Part shown: positions 1-9,309 of the stretch, piece after piece
How the letters are laid out: every line of letters begins with the position of its first letter
Position numbering within the stretch: position 1 is the stretch's first letter
Source of the DNA: Gemmatimonadales bacterium
GTDB lineage: Bacteria > Gemmatimonadota > Gemmatimonadetes > Gemmatimonadales > GWC2-71-9
Direction of reading: 5' to 3'
DNA: 64,000 bases
Assembly: GCA_035577025.1 (NCBI GenBank)
Contig: DATLVU010000058.1
Coordinates: 129,866 to 193,865, forward strand
Made by a program: the position numbers and the translations under genes
Notes under the pieces: generated by a model
What the model was told of the DNA's origin: nothing
Databases searched by the model: none
The model's input: the letters and a program-made list of their open reading frames with translations, nothing else

Positions 1-1
1 G

Positions 2-757
2 AGCCTGCAGGGGGCGTTCGCGGGTGCCTACGGCGCCTACTGCGTCACCTTCTTCTGGGCGCACTTCTCACCCAAGAAGGAAATCGCCGAGGCCCGCGCC
101 ATGGCCCACGCGGCGAAGCACGCCGGACTCCAGCACGTCATCTGGTCCACCTTTGAGGACACCCGGAAGTGGGTGCCCCTCAGCGACAACCGCATGCCCA
201 CGCTGCAGGGCAAGTACAAGGTCGCGCACTTCGACGGCAAGGCCGAAGCCAACACGGCGTTCACCGAGCTCGGCGTGCCGACGACGTTCCTGCTGACGTC
301 GTTCTATTGGGACAACCTCATTTACTTCGGCGCCGGTCCCAAGAAGGGTCCCGACGGCAAGCTGGCGATCACATTCCCCATGGGCGACAAGAAGCTCCCG
401 GGGATCGCCGCCGAGGACATCGGCAAGTGCGCCTACGGCATCTTCAAGCGGGGCCGCGAGTTCATCGGGAAGACTGTGGGTGTCGCCGGCGAGCATCTGA
501 CCGGCGCCCAGATGGCTGCCGCGCTGACCAAGGCGTTGGGGCAGGAGGTGCGCTACAACGAGGTGTCGCCCGACGTCTATCGGAGCTTCGGGTTCCCGGG
601 CGCCGATGATCTGGGTAACATGTTCCAGTTCAAGCGCGACTTCGAGAAGGACTACTGCGGCGCGCGCAATCTGGAACTATCCCGGTCTCTCAACCCGGAG
701 CTGCAGACGTTCGCCCAGTGGCTCGCCCAGAACAAAGATCGGATCCCGCTCGACTAG
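2..757 (+). CDS. NmrA-family NAD(P)-binding oxidoreductase/regulator (5' end outside window)
   Basis: The frame is open from nt 2 with no upstream stop. NmrA-like blocks are present (HVIWSTFEDT, LLTSFYWDNLIYFG, GDKKLPGIAAEDIG). GC3 is high. Confidence 0.85.
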   Translation, partial: SLQGAFAGAYGAYCVTFFWAHFSPKKEIAEARAMAHAAKHAGLQHVIWSTFEDTRKWVPLSDNRMPTLQGKYKVAHFDGKAEANTAFTELGVPTTFLLTSFYWDNLIYFGAGPKKGPDGKLAITFPMGDKKLPGIAAEDIGKCAYGIFKRGREFIGKTVGVAGEHLTGAQMAAALTKALGQEVRYNEVSPDVYRSFGFPGADDLGNMFQFKRDFEKDYCGARNLELSRSLNPELQTFAQWLAQNKDRIPLD

Positions 758-1473
758 CGCGGCGGCCCCACGTTGCTCCGCAGACTCTCGAGAAACGGCT
801 GTACCAGCGCCGGTCCCCCGGTTCCGGCGACCCGGAGCAGGCCGGCCACGTCCCCCGCCCGGGTCTCGCCGTACACCGCCCGGTTCGCTTTCGAGTCGAT
901 CTCCCACTTGGTCCCCGCGAGGTCGATCCCCGCGAACAGCCCTTTGGTCTTCGAGTAGGAATAGATTTCGGCGTTGAGCTTGTAGTCAGTCTCGGCCGAG
1001 AGGTTGCGCCCCACCGGTCCCGCCGCGACGGAGGCTTGGCCGCCGAGATCGAACGATGTCGACGCGATGAGGCGCGGGGCATTCTTGTTGAGGAAGACCA
1101 GCACCACGTCCGCCGCCTGCCCGCCGACCTGCAGCCCGAACGTGCCGCCCTTCAGAGCCACGAACGTCGGCAGGCTCCAGCCGGTGGGCGTGCGGCAGCT
1201 CGCCAGACCGAAGCCGACCTTGCCCCCGATCGCCAGTCCGACCTGCACGACCTCAGGCACCGCCGCCACGCAGGTCGCCTTGTTCAAGAGCGACTGAGGC
1301 GGAGCGTGGTCGGGCTCGCGCACCAGCTCAGTCACGATTTCCCCGGCGCGCGTGGCGCGGTCCGCCAGTTTCGCGTCGGGTCGGGACTGCGCGAAGACCG
1401 CCGCGGGGAGCAGCGTCAAGAGGGTAGGAAAGACGACGCCGAGCGCGATGGGTCGTGAGCACGGTAGCGACAT
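754..1473 (-). CDS. SYLF/Ysc84 (DUF500) lipid-binding domain protein, secreted
   Basis: I chose the internal Met (MSLPCSRPIALGVVFPTLLTLLPAAVFAQ), which reads as a signal peptide. The G-rich SYLF core is present (GGKVGFGLASC, FDLGGQASVAAGPVG, KGLFAGIDLAGT). The 5' extension of the 272-aa track ORF is not supported. Confidence 0.8.
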   Translation of the reverse strand: MSLPCSRPIALGVVFPTLLTLLPAAVFAQSRPDAKLADRATRAGEIVTELVREPDHAPPQSLLNKATCVAAVPEVVQVGLAIGGKVGFGLASCRTPTGWSLPTFVALKGGTFGLQVGGQAADVVLVFLNKNAPRLIASTSFDLGGQASVAAGPVGRNLSAETDYKLNAEIYSYSKTKGLFAGIDLAGTKWEIDSKANRAVYGETRAGDVAGLLRVAGTGGPALVQPFLESLRSNVGPPR

Positions 1474-1537
1474 GGGCTTAGCCCCCGGATCAACGTTGAA
1501 CTTGGGCGTTGTGTGACGATGCGGTCCATAAGTATGC

Positions 1538-4279
1538 TCAGCGAAGGACGGCCTGCAGCTGGCGCAGCACATCGCCCAGCTGGGACAGCGCTTCGCCGTA
1601 ACGGGCCCAGTCGCCGCTGCGCTGCGCCTCGACGGCGCGCTGATACAATTCGGCCGCCCGGCGGGCGAGATCCGAGGCGGGCCCGTTGCCAGGACGGGCG
1701 GCGCCGAGTGGCGCGGCGGCAGCCGCGTTCGGCCCGGCCTGGCCGCCGAACAGGCGTGCCAACCCGGCCTCGAGCGTCTCTTCCATGACCACCTGGTTCT
1801 GGTAGGCCACGACGACGCGCTTCATCTCCGGGATCCGCCCGCCCTCGGCTCGCAGGTAGAGCGGCTGCACGTAGATGAGCGACTCCTCGATCGGGATGAC
1901 CAGCAGGTTGCCGCGGATCACCTCCGAGCCGCGCTGGTCCCACAGCGAGATCTGGCGGGAGATGTCGGTATCCTGATTGATCCGGTTGACGATCTGGGTC
2001 GGGCCATAGACCAGGCTCTGCTTGGGAAGGCGATACAGTACCAGTTGGCCGTAGTGCTCCCCGTCGTTCCGCGCCACCATCCACGACGCCAGGTTGTCCT
2101 TGCCGCGCGGCGTGAACGGCACCATCAGGATGTACTCCGCCTGCCGCTCCTCCGGCAGCCGCATCACGATGTGGCGCAGGAAGGGATCCGGCCGCTCACC
2201 CGGCCGCGACAGCACCGGCTTCTGCCACTGGTCCTCCCGATGGTAGAAGACGTCCGGCTCGGCCATGTGGTACGTGGCATACAGGTCGGTCTGCACGTGG
2301 AACAGGTCCTCGGGATAGCGCAGATGCGCCCGCAGATCCTTAGACATCGCGTCGAGCGGCTGGAAGATCCCGGGGAACACCTTCGCCAGGGTGAGCACCA
2401 GCGGGTCGTGCGGATCGGCCACGTAGGCCGTGACGGTGCCGTCGAAGGCGTCGATCACGACCTTCACGCTGTTGCGCATATAGTTGGTGCCGTCGTCGAG
2501 CGGCTGCGCGTAGGGGTAGCGGCTCGTCGCGGTGTATGCGTCGAGGATCCAGCGGAGCCGGCCCGAATCGGTGACGACGAGGTAAGGGTCGTTGTCGAAC
2601 GACAAGAACGGCAGCGCCTTGCGCGCCCGCACCCGGATGTTTCGGAAGTACATCGCACGGCTGTCGCTCGTGATGTCGCTCGACAACAGCACCTTCAGGG
2701 AGCCGAGGTAGGTCGCCAGCACGAGGCGACGCAGGAACGAGCCGACCCGCACGCCTCCAGTTCCCGCATAGGAGGTGAAGATGTTCTCCTCCCCCGAGGG
2801 GTAGTCGAACTCCTTTTGCGCGGTCCGGGCGAACACCCACGAATCGGTGAGCTCGCCGAAGTAGAGCTCCGGGCGTGTCACCCGCAGCGACACGCTGGAC
2901 GCGGGCGGCAGATTCTTGATGAAGAGGACCGGCAGTCCCTCTTGCGTCACTTGGTTCACCGGCCCGAGCGTGAGTCCCATCCCGTGCGTGAAGGTGAGCC
3001 GCTCGTTGATGAACGTGCGCGTGGGGAGCGAAGCCGCGTTCAGCTCGCGTGGCGAGAGCAGCACCTGACGGTATTGGCCGTCGATCCAGTAGCGGTCGTC
3101 GTCCACCGAGACGAAGTCGTAGTAGGTACGGATCTCTTGCAGCTGTCCGAACGTCTGCAGCAGCGGGTCGCGGTCCCACAGTCGGATGTTGTCGATCGTC
3201 GGCCGGTTGGCCCGGATGTCCCGCTCCGTGAGCCCGGCCTCGCCCGAAAGGTCGCGGGTCACGACGCTGTCCAGCCCCCAGGCCCGCCGCGTCGCCGCGA
3301 TGTGCGAGGCGAGCTGCGGCGTCTCCTTCACCAACTCGTTCGGCGCCACGATGAGTCGCTGGACAATCGTGGGGTAGAGGGCGACGCCGAGCAGCGACAC
3401 GCCGAAGTAGAGCCCGACCGCGAGCACGGTGTTGCGGGCCAGACGCTGGCTGCGGGCTCCCCACAGGACGAGCGCTCCGCTTGCCACGGCCGAGAGCCCG
3501 GCGAGCCGCAGGCCGGTGAGCTGGGCGTGGAGATCGGCGTAGCTCGCCCCCACGAGCGGCCCGGTAGTCGAGTACAACAATCCCGGAAGCCGGACGAAGT
3601 ACACCCGCAACGCTACCAGCACGAAGAGCAGGGCGATCAGCACCGCCACGTGGAGGCGGGCCGACGGCTCCACCGTGACCTGCCGGCGGAACACGACGAT
3701 GTCCCGGCGCACCCAGTACAGCATGATGGTCGCGAGCAGCGTGAGCGTTGTGACGGCGATGGCGAGACCGATCGCGCCCGCGATCACCGGCACCGTGAAC
3801 ACGTAATAGCCCACGTCGCGGTCGAACACGGGATCCGTCACGCCGAACGGCGTCCGGTGCAGGAATTGGAGCACGCCAAGCCAGCCGCCGGCGGCGCCCA
3901 CGCTGAACAGCAGCGCCAGGCCGAGCGCCGTCGGCAGGGCCAAGCGGCGCAACAACCGGGTCACGTCCACGGCGCCAGCCCCGGAGCTGACCTGGACGAC
4001 CAGCGGGTTCGGCACGAGGCCGCGCTGGGCGATCCGCAGGTTGACATAGAGGAACGCGAATACGAGGCCGCCGACCCCCACGCCGAGCGCCGCCTCGGCC
4101 ACGAGGCGGGTCGTGAACACGCGCTCGTATCCCAGAGCCTGGAACCAGAGCCATTCGGCGGCGAGCGGGACCAGATTGAAGAGAAGCAGCAAGAGGGCGA
4201 ACAGGACGACCAGCACGATCAGGCCCAGGCGACGCCGTCGACGAGGCGGCAGACGGACCACGCTTGGTCGAGCGGTCAT
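1538..4279 (-). CDS. UPF0182-family large membrane protein
   Basis: 913-aa ORF with an N-terminal polytopic hydrophobic region followed by a large soluble part. UPF0182-like blocks are present (YYDFVSVDDDRYWIDG, LWDQRGSEVIRGNLLVIPI, IYVQPLYLRAE). Confidence 0.85.
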   Translation of the reverse strand: MTARPSVVRLPPRRRRRLGLIVLVVLFALLLLLFNLVPLAAEWLWFQALGYERVFTTRLVAEAALGVGVGGLVFAFLYVNLRIAQRGLVPNPLVVQVSSGAGAVDVTRLLRRLALPTALGLALLFSVGAAGGWLGVLQFLHRTPFGVTDPVFDRDVGYYVFTVPVIAGAIGLAIAVTTLTLLATIMLYWVRRDIVVFRRQVTVEPSARLHVAVLIALLFVLVALRVYFVRLPGLLYSTTGPLVGASYADLHAQLTGLRLAGLSAVASGALVLWGARSQRLARNTVLAVGLYFGVSLLGVALYPTIVQRLIVAPNELVKETPQLASHIAATRRAWGLDSVVTRDLSGEAGLTERDIRANRPTIDNIRLWDRDPLLQTFGQLQEIRTYYDFVSVDDDRYWIDGQYRQVLLSPRELNAASLPTRTFINERLTFTHGMGLTLGPVNQVTQEGLPVLFIKNLPPASSVSLRVTRPELYFGELTDSWVFARTAQKEFDYPSGEENIFTSYAGTGGVRVGSFLRRLVLATYLGSLKVLLSSDITSDSRAMYFRNIRVRARKALPFLSFDNDPYLVVTDSGRLRWILDAYTATSRYPYAQPLDDGTNYMRNSVKVVIDAFDGTVTAYVADPHDPLVLTLAKVFPGIFQPLDAMSKDLRAHLRYPEDLFHVQTDLYATYHMAEPDVFYHREDQWQKPVLSRPGERPDPFLRHIVMRLPEERQAEYILMVPFTPRGKDNLASWMVARNDGEHYGQLVLYRLPKQSLVYGPTQIVNRINQDTDISRQISLWDQRGSEVIRGNLLVIPIEESLIYVQPLYLRAEGGRIPEMKRVVVAYQNQVVMEETLEAGLARLFGGQAGPNAAAAAPLGAARPGNGPASDLARRAAELYQRAVEAQRSGDWARYGEALSQLGDVLRQLQAVLR

Positions 4280-4319
4280 GAAGCTAAAGTAACACAGGAG
4301 CGGGGGTGCGAGTCGCGTC

Positions 4320-4829
4320 TCACCCCGCCAGATACTTCGTCATCGGATCCCAGTAGTTGGTCTTCCACCCCGCCGCGAGATGCTCGGCCTGGCCCACGGG
4401 GAAGCCGGTGTGGTCGAAGGCGATCTTCGTGCCGGTCCCTTGCGCCAGCAGCTCGAACCGCACGAGCGAATACACGCCGGGATCCCAGCCTTCGGAACGC
4501 CACGCCTGCACGATGCGCTGATTGGGCACGAGCTCGATGTTGCGTGCTTTGATCCGCGCGCCGAACAGCGACAGCGCGCCGCCCGGCGCGCGATCGATGG
4601 TCGTGGGCTGGCCCGTCATCTTGCCGAACCGCTTCTCGTCCAGGAGCGCTTCGTACACGCGCTCGCGGCTCGCCGCAAACACTACGTCCTGATGGATCGC
4701 CTCGGCGGTGCGCGAGATGCCATCGCCCTGTGTGAGCGCACCGAGCCGCGGCCGGACGAACGCCAGCGCAGGCACGAGACCTGCGAGTCGAACAGAGAAC
4801 GCCCTGCGGGACAGCTGTTGCGTGGTCAT
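4320..4829 (-). CDS. SRPBCC/AHSA1-like domain protein with Tat-type signal
   Basis: ATG at 4829 is preceded by GAGGGG. The N-terminus MTTQQLSRRAFSVRLAG looks like a twin-arginine signal. The C-terminal part resembles Activator-of-Hsp90-ATPase-homolog/SRPBCC proteins. Confidence 0.8.
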   Translation of the reverse strand: MTTQQLSRRAFSVRLAGLVPALAFVRPRLGALTQGDGISRTAEAIHQDVVFAASRERVYEALLDEKRFGKMTGQPTTIDRAPGGALSLFGARIKARNIELVPNQRIVQAWRSEGWDPGVYSLVRFELLAQGTGTKIAFDHTGFPVGQAEHLAAGWKTNYWDPMTKYLAG

Positions 4830-4845
4830 AACCGCCCCTCTGGAT

Positions 4846-4869
4846 ATATTAAACACTATTGTTTAATAT
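4846..4869. promoter_or_regulatory. AT-rich perfect 10-4-10 palindrome (ATATTAAACA ctat TGTTTAATAT), candidate ArsR-family operator
   Basis: It lies in the 65-bp divergent intergenic region between the SRPBCC gene (start 4829, -) and the ArsR gene (start 4895, +). It is by far the most AT-rich stretch locally. Confidence 0.5.
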
Positions 4870-4894
4870 CATTTGAGTCTACCGGAGGGGAAGC

Positions 4895-5254
4895 ATGGTG
4901 TCAAGCAGGACCGCCGATCGGCGGCTCGACCTGGTGTTCCGCGCGCTGGGTGACCGCACCCGCCGAGCCCTGCTGGCGCGCCTCGCCGAGCGGCCCGCCA
5001 TGGTTACGGAGCTGGCGCGGCCGTTCGCCATGTCCCTGCCCGCCGTGTCGCGGCACATCCGCGTACTGGAGCGCGCCCGCCTCGTGAAGCGGACGGTGGA
5101 CGGCCGGGTGCATCGGTGCGCGCTGGACCTCGCGCCGCTCGAGACGGCGGATGCGTGGCTGCGGCATTACCGGCATTTCTGGCAGGAAAGTCTCGACGCC
5201 CTGGCACGCTACGTCGCCCGAGAGGAGAAACCGCGTGGCCGATCGCACCGGTGA
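4895..5254 (+). CDS. ArsR/SmtB-family HTH transcriptional regulator
   Basis: GGAGGGG Shine-Dalgarno sequence lies before the ATG. The winged-HTH block LGDRTRRALLARLAERPAMVTELARPFAMSLPAVSRHIRVLERARLV is present. Confidence 0.9.
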   Translation: MVSSRTADRRLDLVFRALGDRTRRALLARLAERPAMVTELARPFAMSLPAVSRHIRVLERARLVKRTVDGRVHRCALDLAPLETADAWLRHYRHFWQESLDALARYVAREEKPRGRSHR

Positions 5255-5678
5255 CGCACTCGTCGTCCGCAAAACGATCCGGGCGACGCCCGAGCGTCTG
5301 TTTAAGGCGTGGACCACGCCGGCGCAGCTGCAGCAGTGGTGGGGTCCCGCGGGCGTGACCTGCGTCGATCCCACGGTCGATCTGCGCGTCGGCGGGCGCT
5401 ATCGCATCGGCAATCGCCTGCCCGAGGGCACGGTCTTGTGGATCGGCGGCGCGTTCGAGGTGATCGATGCGCCGCGTCGGCTCACCTACACGTGGCAGCT
5501 GGAAGGCGGCACCGGCGCGGTCGAGCGTGTAACGGTGCGGTTCGAGCCGCGCGGCGCCGCGACCAGCGTCGTCGTCACGCACGAGCGCATTGCCGACCGC
5601 GCGCTGCGCGACCAGCACGAGCAGGGCTGGCGCGGTTGCCTCGACGGTCTCGTGGCGTACGTCGCGCGCACGTCGTGA
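5235..5678 (+). CDS. SRPBCC/AHSA1-like domain protein
   Basis: GTG at 5235 overlaps the end of the ArsR gene. The block VRKTIRATPERLFKAWTTPAQLQQWWGP is typical of ArsR-linked AHSA1-like proteins. Confidence 0.8.
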   Translation: MADRTGDALVVRKTIRATPERLFKAWTTPAQLQQWWGPAGVTCVDPTVDLRVGGRYRIGNRLPEGTVLWIGGAFEVIDAPRRLTYTWQLEGGTGAVERVTVRFEPRGAATSVVVTHERIADRALRDQHEQGWRGCLDGLVAYVARTS

Positions 5679-5749
5679 GCCCCGACGGCAATGTCCCTTC
5701 GGCCTGCGTCGCGGCGAACCGCAGCGACGCGATGCGACGACGCGAATTC

Positions 5750-5830
5750 GCGCCCTAAGAGGGCGCGCTCGGCGCGTGGTGCGCCCTTAGAGGGCGCACT
5801 CTAGGCCGAGCCCGGGCTATCAGCGCGGGG
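5750..5830 (+). repeat. Three-hairpin GC-rich intergenic repeat, copy 1
   Basis: Hairpins are GCGCCCTaagAGGGCGC, GCGCCCTTagaGGGCGC and GCCGAGCCCGGGCTatcaGCGCGGGG. The element is collinear with the copies at 33185-33266 and 46957-47040. Confidence 0.7.
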
Positions 5831-5931
5831 ATGAAATGACGTCGTGCGCAAGGATTCGATACCGGCCGCCAGGGGGACGGCTATTACCCTCGCCTGATGG
5901 CTTGCCCCCGCCGGCCGAGGAGCCCGACATT

Positions 5932-6498
5932 ATGGCCATGCCCCCACGCGAGACCGCTGTCACCACCATCGAGGAGCTTCTGGCTCTCCCGGACGACGGC
6001 AAGCGCCACGAGCTGCTCGACGGGGTGCACGTCGTGACCCCGGCCCCGGAATACCCGCACCAGGGCGTCCTGGGGGAGTTCTCCCTCGCCCTCGGCAAGG
6101 CGCTCGAGGGACAGGACGAGCTGCGGCTCCTCAGGAGTCCGGCCGACATCGTCCTCTCGCCACGCACGCTCGTCCAGCCGGACTTGTTCGTCGTCCGGAA
6201 GCAGCCGGGACAGATCCTCAAGCAGTGGAGCGAGGTCGGCGTCCCCGTTCTCGCGATCGAGTTCCTCTCGCCGAGCACTGCCGCCCGTGACCGCGGCGCC
6301 AAGCGCCGGATCTACCAGGGCGCCGGCGTCGTTGAATACTGGATCGTGGACTTGGACGCGCGACTGGTCGAGCGGTGGCGGCCGGGCGACGCACGACCGG
6401 AGGTGGTGAGCGAGGAGCTGGTGTGGGAGCCCCTTCCCGCGATCGCCGCACGCGTGGACCTGCCGACCCTGTTCACCCGGGTGCTGGGCACGGCTTGA
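5932..6498 (+). CDS. Uma2-family (DUF820) PD-(D/E)XK-like endonuclease
   Basis: The start is placed at MAMPPRETAVTT. Uma2 blocks are present (HELLDGVHVVTPAP, VQPDLFVV, LAIEFLSPST, KRRIYQGAGVVEYWIVD). Confidence 0.85.
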   Translation: MAMPPRETAVTTIEELLALPDDGKRHELLDGVHVVTPAPEYPHQGVLGEFSLALGKALEGQDELRLLRSPADIVLSPRTLVQPDLFVVRKQPGQILKQWSEVGVPVLAIEFLSPSTAARDRGAKRRIYQGAGVVEYWIVDLDARLVERWRPGDARPEVVSEELVWEPLPAIAARVDLPTLFTRVLGTA

Positions 6499-6502
6499 CC
6501 CG

Positions 6503-8410
6503 CTACGTCTGGTCCAGCACCTCCCGTATTTTGCGCCCCAGCACGCCCGGCGTGAACGGTTTCTGCAGGAACGCGACCCCCGCCTCGAGCACTCCGCGAC
6601 GAAGGACGGCATCGTTCGTATAGCCGGAGAGATAAAGCACTCGAGTGTCGGTGCGCGTAGTGACCAAGCGCCGAGCTACCTCTGGCCCACTCAGCCCCGG
6701 GAGAACGACATCGGTTATGAGCAGATGGATCCGCCCGCGGTGCTGTCCCGCCACTCGCTCGGCCTCATCGCCGTTGGCTGCGGCGAGCACCGTGTAGCCG
6801 TTCCCCTTCAGCACCTTCAGGACAAGGTTCCGAATGGTCTCGTCGTCTTCCACGACGAGGATCGTTTCGGATCCCCGCACCGACGTCGGGGGGGCCACGC
6901 TTGCGGTCGCTGGCGCGGTGACCGCTGCCACGCGGGGGAAGTACACCTTGAAGGTCGTGCCATGACCCGGCTCGCTGTAGACCCAGATCCACCCCCCGCT
7001 TTGCTTGACGATGCCGTACACCGTGGCCAGGCCGAGTCCAGTGCCCCGGCCTTTCTCCTTGGTCGTGAAGAAGGGCTCGAAAATGCGCGCTTGGGTCCCC
7101 GCGTCCATGCCCACACCGCTGTCACTCACGGCGAGCATCACATACGGACCGGGCTCCGCCGACAGGTGTCCCTGAACGTACCGCTGATCGAGCTCGATGT
7201 TCTGAGTTTCGATCGTCAACGTGCCGCCGTCGGGCATGGCGTCGCGCGCGTTGACGGCGAGGTTTAGCACGACCTGTTCCAGTTGGCCGGGATCCACCTT
7301 CACCGCTCCGAGATCCGAGGCTAGTGCGGCACGCAGCTCCACATCCTCCCCGAGCAGCCGCCGCAGCATCTTGTCCATCCCGCTGACCACGTCGTTGGGA
7401 TTCAGGACCTTCGGGACGATGACCTGCTGGCGGCTAAAGGCGAGGAGTTGGCGGGTCAAATCCGCCGCGCGCAAGGCCGCCTTGCGGACTTCATCGACCT
7501 CCTCGCGCTCAGGGGCGCCGGCCGGCAGCGTCTCGAGCGCCAACTCGGCGGAGCCGAGAATCGCAGTGAGGAGATTGTTGAAGTCGTGCGCGATCCCGCC
7601 GGCGAGCCGCCCCACCGCCTCCATCTTCTGAGCTTGCACGAGCTCCCGCTGCAAGCGTCGCTGCTCGGTGACATCCCGGACAAAGGTCTCGTACGACACG
7701 ATCGTTCCCGCCGCGTTCCGCACGGCACGACCGATCAATTCCACGTGCAGGGGAGTGCCGTCTTTGCGTTTCCACGTGGCTTCCATCTCGTCGTATTCGC
7801 GATCGGTGTAGGGGTGCTCCTCCAGGAGCCGCTGTCGCTCGGCGGGATCGGCGTAGACGTCGCGGGCCATGTCGAGGTCGATCACCTCCGCGGCCGTGGC
7901 ATAGCCCAGCATGCGCACCAGGGCCGCGTTGACGGACAAGACGTTGCCCTCCCGTGTCGAACGGAAGATCCCGATGGGAGCGTGCTCGACCAGCTTGGCC
8001 AGGCGCATATCCGTTTCGCGCTTTGCAGCGCGTCCCTTCGCCTCGCGCAGCTCCCGCTCGATGGCGGGTAGCAGGCGCTTGAGCTGGCCCTTGGCGAAGT
8101 AATCGCTCGCCCCCGCTTTCATGGCGGCGACGGCCTGGTCTTCGCTGATCGTACCCGAGACAAAAATGAAGGGAATGTCGAGACCGCGATCCCGAACGAG
8201 CGCCAATGCCTCGAGCCCGCCGAAGCCCGGGATGTTGTAGTCGCTGATCACGAGGTCCCAGGTCTCGCGCGCGAGAGTGGCCCTCACCGCGGAGGGAGAG
8301 TCCACGCGTTCATAGGCCGCCTCGTACCCGCCCCGTCGGAGTTCGCGGACGAGGAGCAGCGCGTCCTCCTCGGAGTCTTCGACGATCAGCACCCGCAATG
8401 CGGTCGTCAC
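6503..8410 (-). CDS. Hybrid sensor histidine kinase (REC-PAS-HisKA-HATPase-REC)
   Basis: N-terminal receiver (VLIVEDSEED...DLVISDYNIPG), PAS-like segment, H-box (GGIAHDFNNLL), N/G boxes (NLAVNARDAM, GTGLGLATVYGIV) and C-terminal receiver (ILVVEDDE...LLITDVVLPG). Confidence 0.9.
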   Translation of the reverse strand: MTTALRVLIVEDSEEDALLLVRELRRGGYEAAYERVDSPSAVRATLARETWDLVISDYNIPGFGGLEALALVRDRGLDIPFIFVSGTISEDQAVAAMKAGASDYFAKGQLKRLLPAIERELREAKGRAAKRETDMRLAKLVEHAPIGIFRSTREGNVLSVNAALVRMLGYATAAEVIDLDMARDVYADPAERQRLLEEHPYTDREYDEMEATWKRKDGTPLHVELIGRAVRNAAGTIVSYETFVRDVTEQRRLQRELVQAQKMEAVGRLAGGIAHDFNNLLTAILGSAELALETLPAGAPEREEVDEVRKAALRAADLTRQLLAFSRQQVIVPKVLNPNDVVSGMDKMLRRLLGEDVELRAALASDLGAVKVDPGQLEQVVLNLAVNARDAMPDGGTLTIETQNIELDQRYVQGHLSAEPGPYVMLAVSDSGVGMDAGTQARIFEPFFTTKEKGRGTGLGLATVYGIVKQSGGWIWVYSEPGHGTTFKVYFPRVAAVTAPATASVAPPTSVRGSETILVVEDDETIRNLVLKVLKGNGYTVLAAANGDEAERVAGQHRGRIHLLITDVVLPGLSGPEVARRLVTTRTDTRVLYLSGYTNDAVLRRGVLEAGVAFLQKPFTPGVLGRKIREVLDQT

Positions 8411-8528
8411 GTCGGTACTCCGCTCATTCGCTGATCAGGGTATGTGGAGTCGATCTCGTCGCCGCCTTGAACGGAGGGTCGCCTAACGAACACCTCGACC
8501 CGCTTATGATACGCATCCCCGCCGCGTT

Positions 8529-8717
8529 ATGCTAACCTGCGGTCGGAGGCGTGAGCGCATGGGCTTTCGCCCAGACGCTTGCGAGGCATCCGTTGATGAG
8601 TGGTTGACCCGCCGTCTCAGATTCGCTTGCCATGTGGTTAGGGGATCGGGCCACTGGCTGATGGAAGAGGCGCCTGATCAGGTGATTCCGGCCTTAGTGA
8701 AATTCCTCAACAACTAG
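8529..8717 (+). pseudogene. Remnant of the C-terminus of an alpha/beta-hydrolase gene
   Basis: Only the last ~30 aa (VVRGSGHWLMEEAPDQVIPALVKFLNN) resemble the conserved His-containing C-terminal block of alpha/beta hydrolases. No upstream hydrolase body is present in any frame. Confidence 0.4.
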
Positions 8718-8868
8718 CTCTCGACCGCATCTAGACCCCCCGATCACCGAGCGGGAACCTCCACGACATCGGGACACTTTCGTAGCTGTACCGATGATGG
8801 TCACAGTTCAAACATCGTCTACCGATGTGTGGAGGTTTCCGACATCTCGCTTCACCTCGGAGGGAACT

Positions 8869-9309
8869 ATGTCATCTCATAGGAACGTCGTGCAGGAGCA
8901 CAGCCTGCCCCTTCTCGTCGGCCTCCTTGCGCTCGCCGCCCCGCTCGTCGGTCAGGCGAAACATGGGAGCTTCTATCACTTCAACTATTACCAGGTGCGG
9001 GCCGGGGCGGAGAAGGCGTACGATTCGCTCCTTGTCAACGTCGTGACTCCTGTGTTCGACGAAATGGTGAAGCGCAAGGCCATGGTGTCGTATCTGTTGC
9101 TCACAAAAAGTGCTGGTTCCGGCGAGTACACTCACATCACGATTGTCGAAGTCGCATCACCGTCGTCCGAGGGCGCCTTCCAACGGGAGCTCGAGGGAGC
9201 GTCTCAGGCGGTGTTCCACCGGTCGTGGAGCGACGCGACGACGCGCCTCAATGAGCTGCGCCGATTCCTCCACACCGAGCTGTACACGCCGGCTGGCCAA
9301 GAGCCCTAG
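8869..9309 (+). CDS. Hypothetical secreted protein
   Basis: Internal Met (MSSHRNVVQEHSLPLLVGLLALAAPLVGQA) gives a signal-peptide-like start. I recognise no family. GC is lower than in the surroundings. Confidence 0.5.
   Translation: MSSHRNVVQEHSLPLLVGLLALAAPLVGQAKHGSFYHFNYYQVRAGAEKAYDSLLVNVVTPVFDEMVKRKAMVSYLLLTKSAGSGEYTHITIVEVASPSSEGAFQRELEGASQAVFHRSWSDATTRLNELRRFLHTELYTPAGQEP

Noticed and set aside
2045-4552. 835-aa plus-strand ORF (and a 604-aa alternate-frame minus ORF at 2340-4154) overlapping the UPF0182 gene
   Set aside because: The composition is Arg/Gly/Pro/His-rich with no motifs, and the ORF lies antisense or out of frame to a gene with clear family similarity. This is a typical high-GC shadow ORF.
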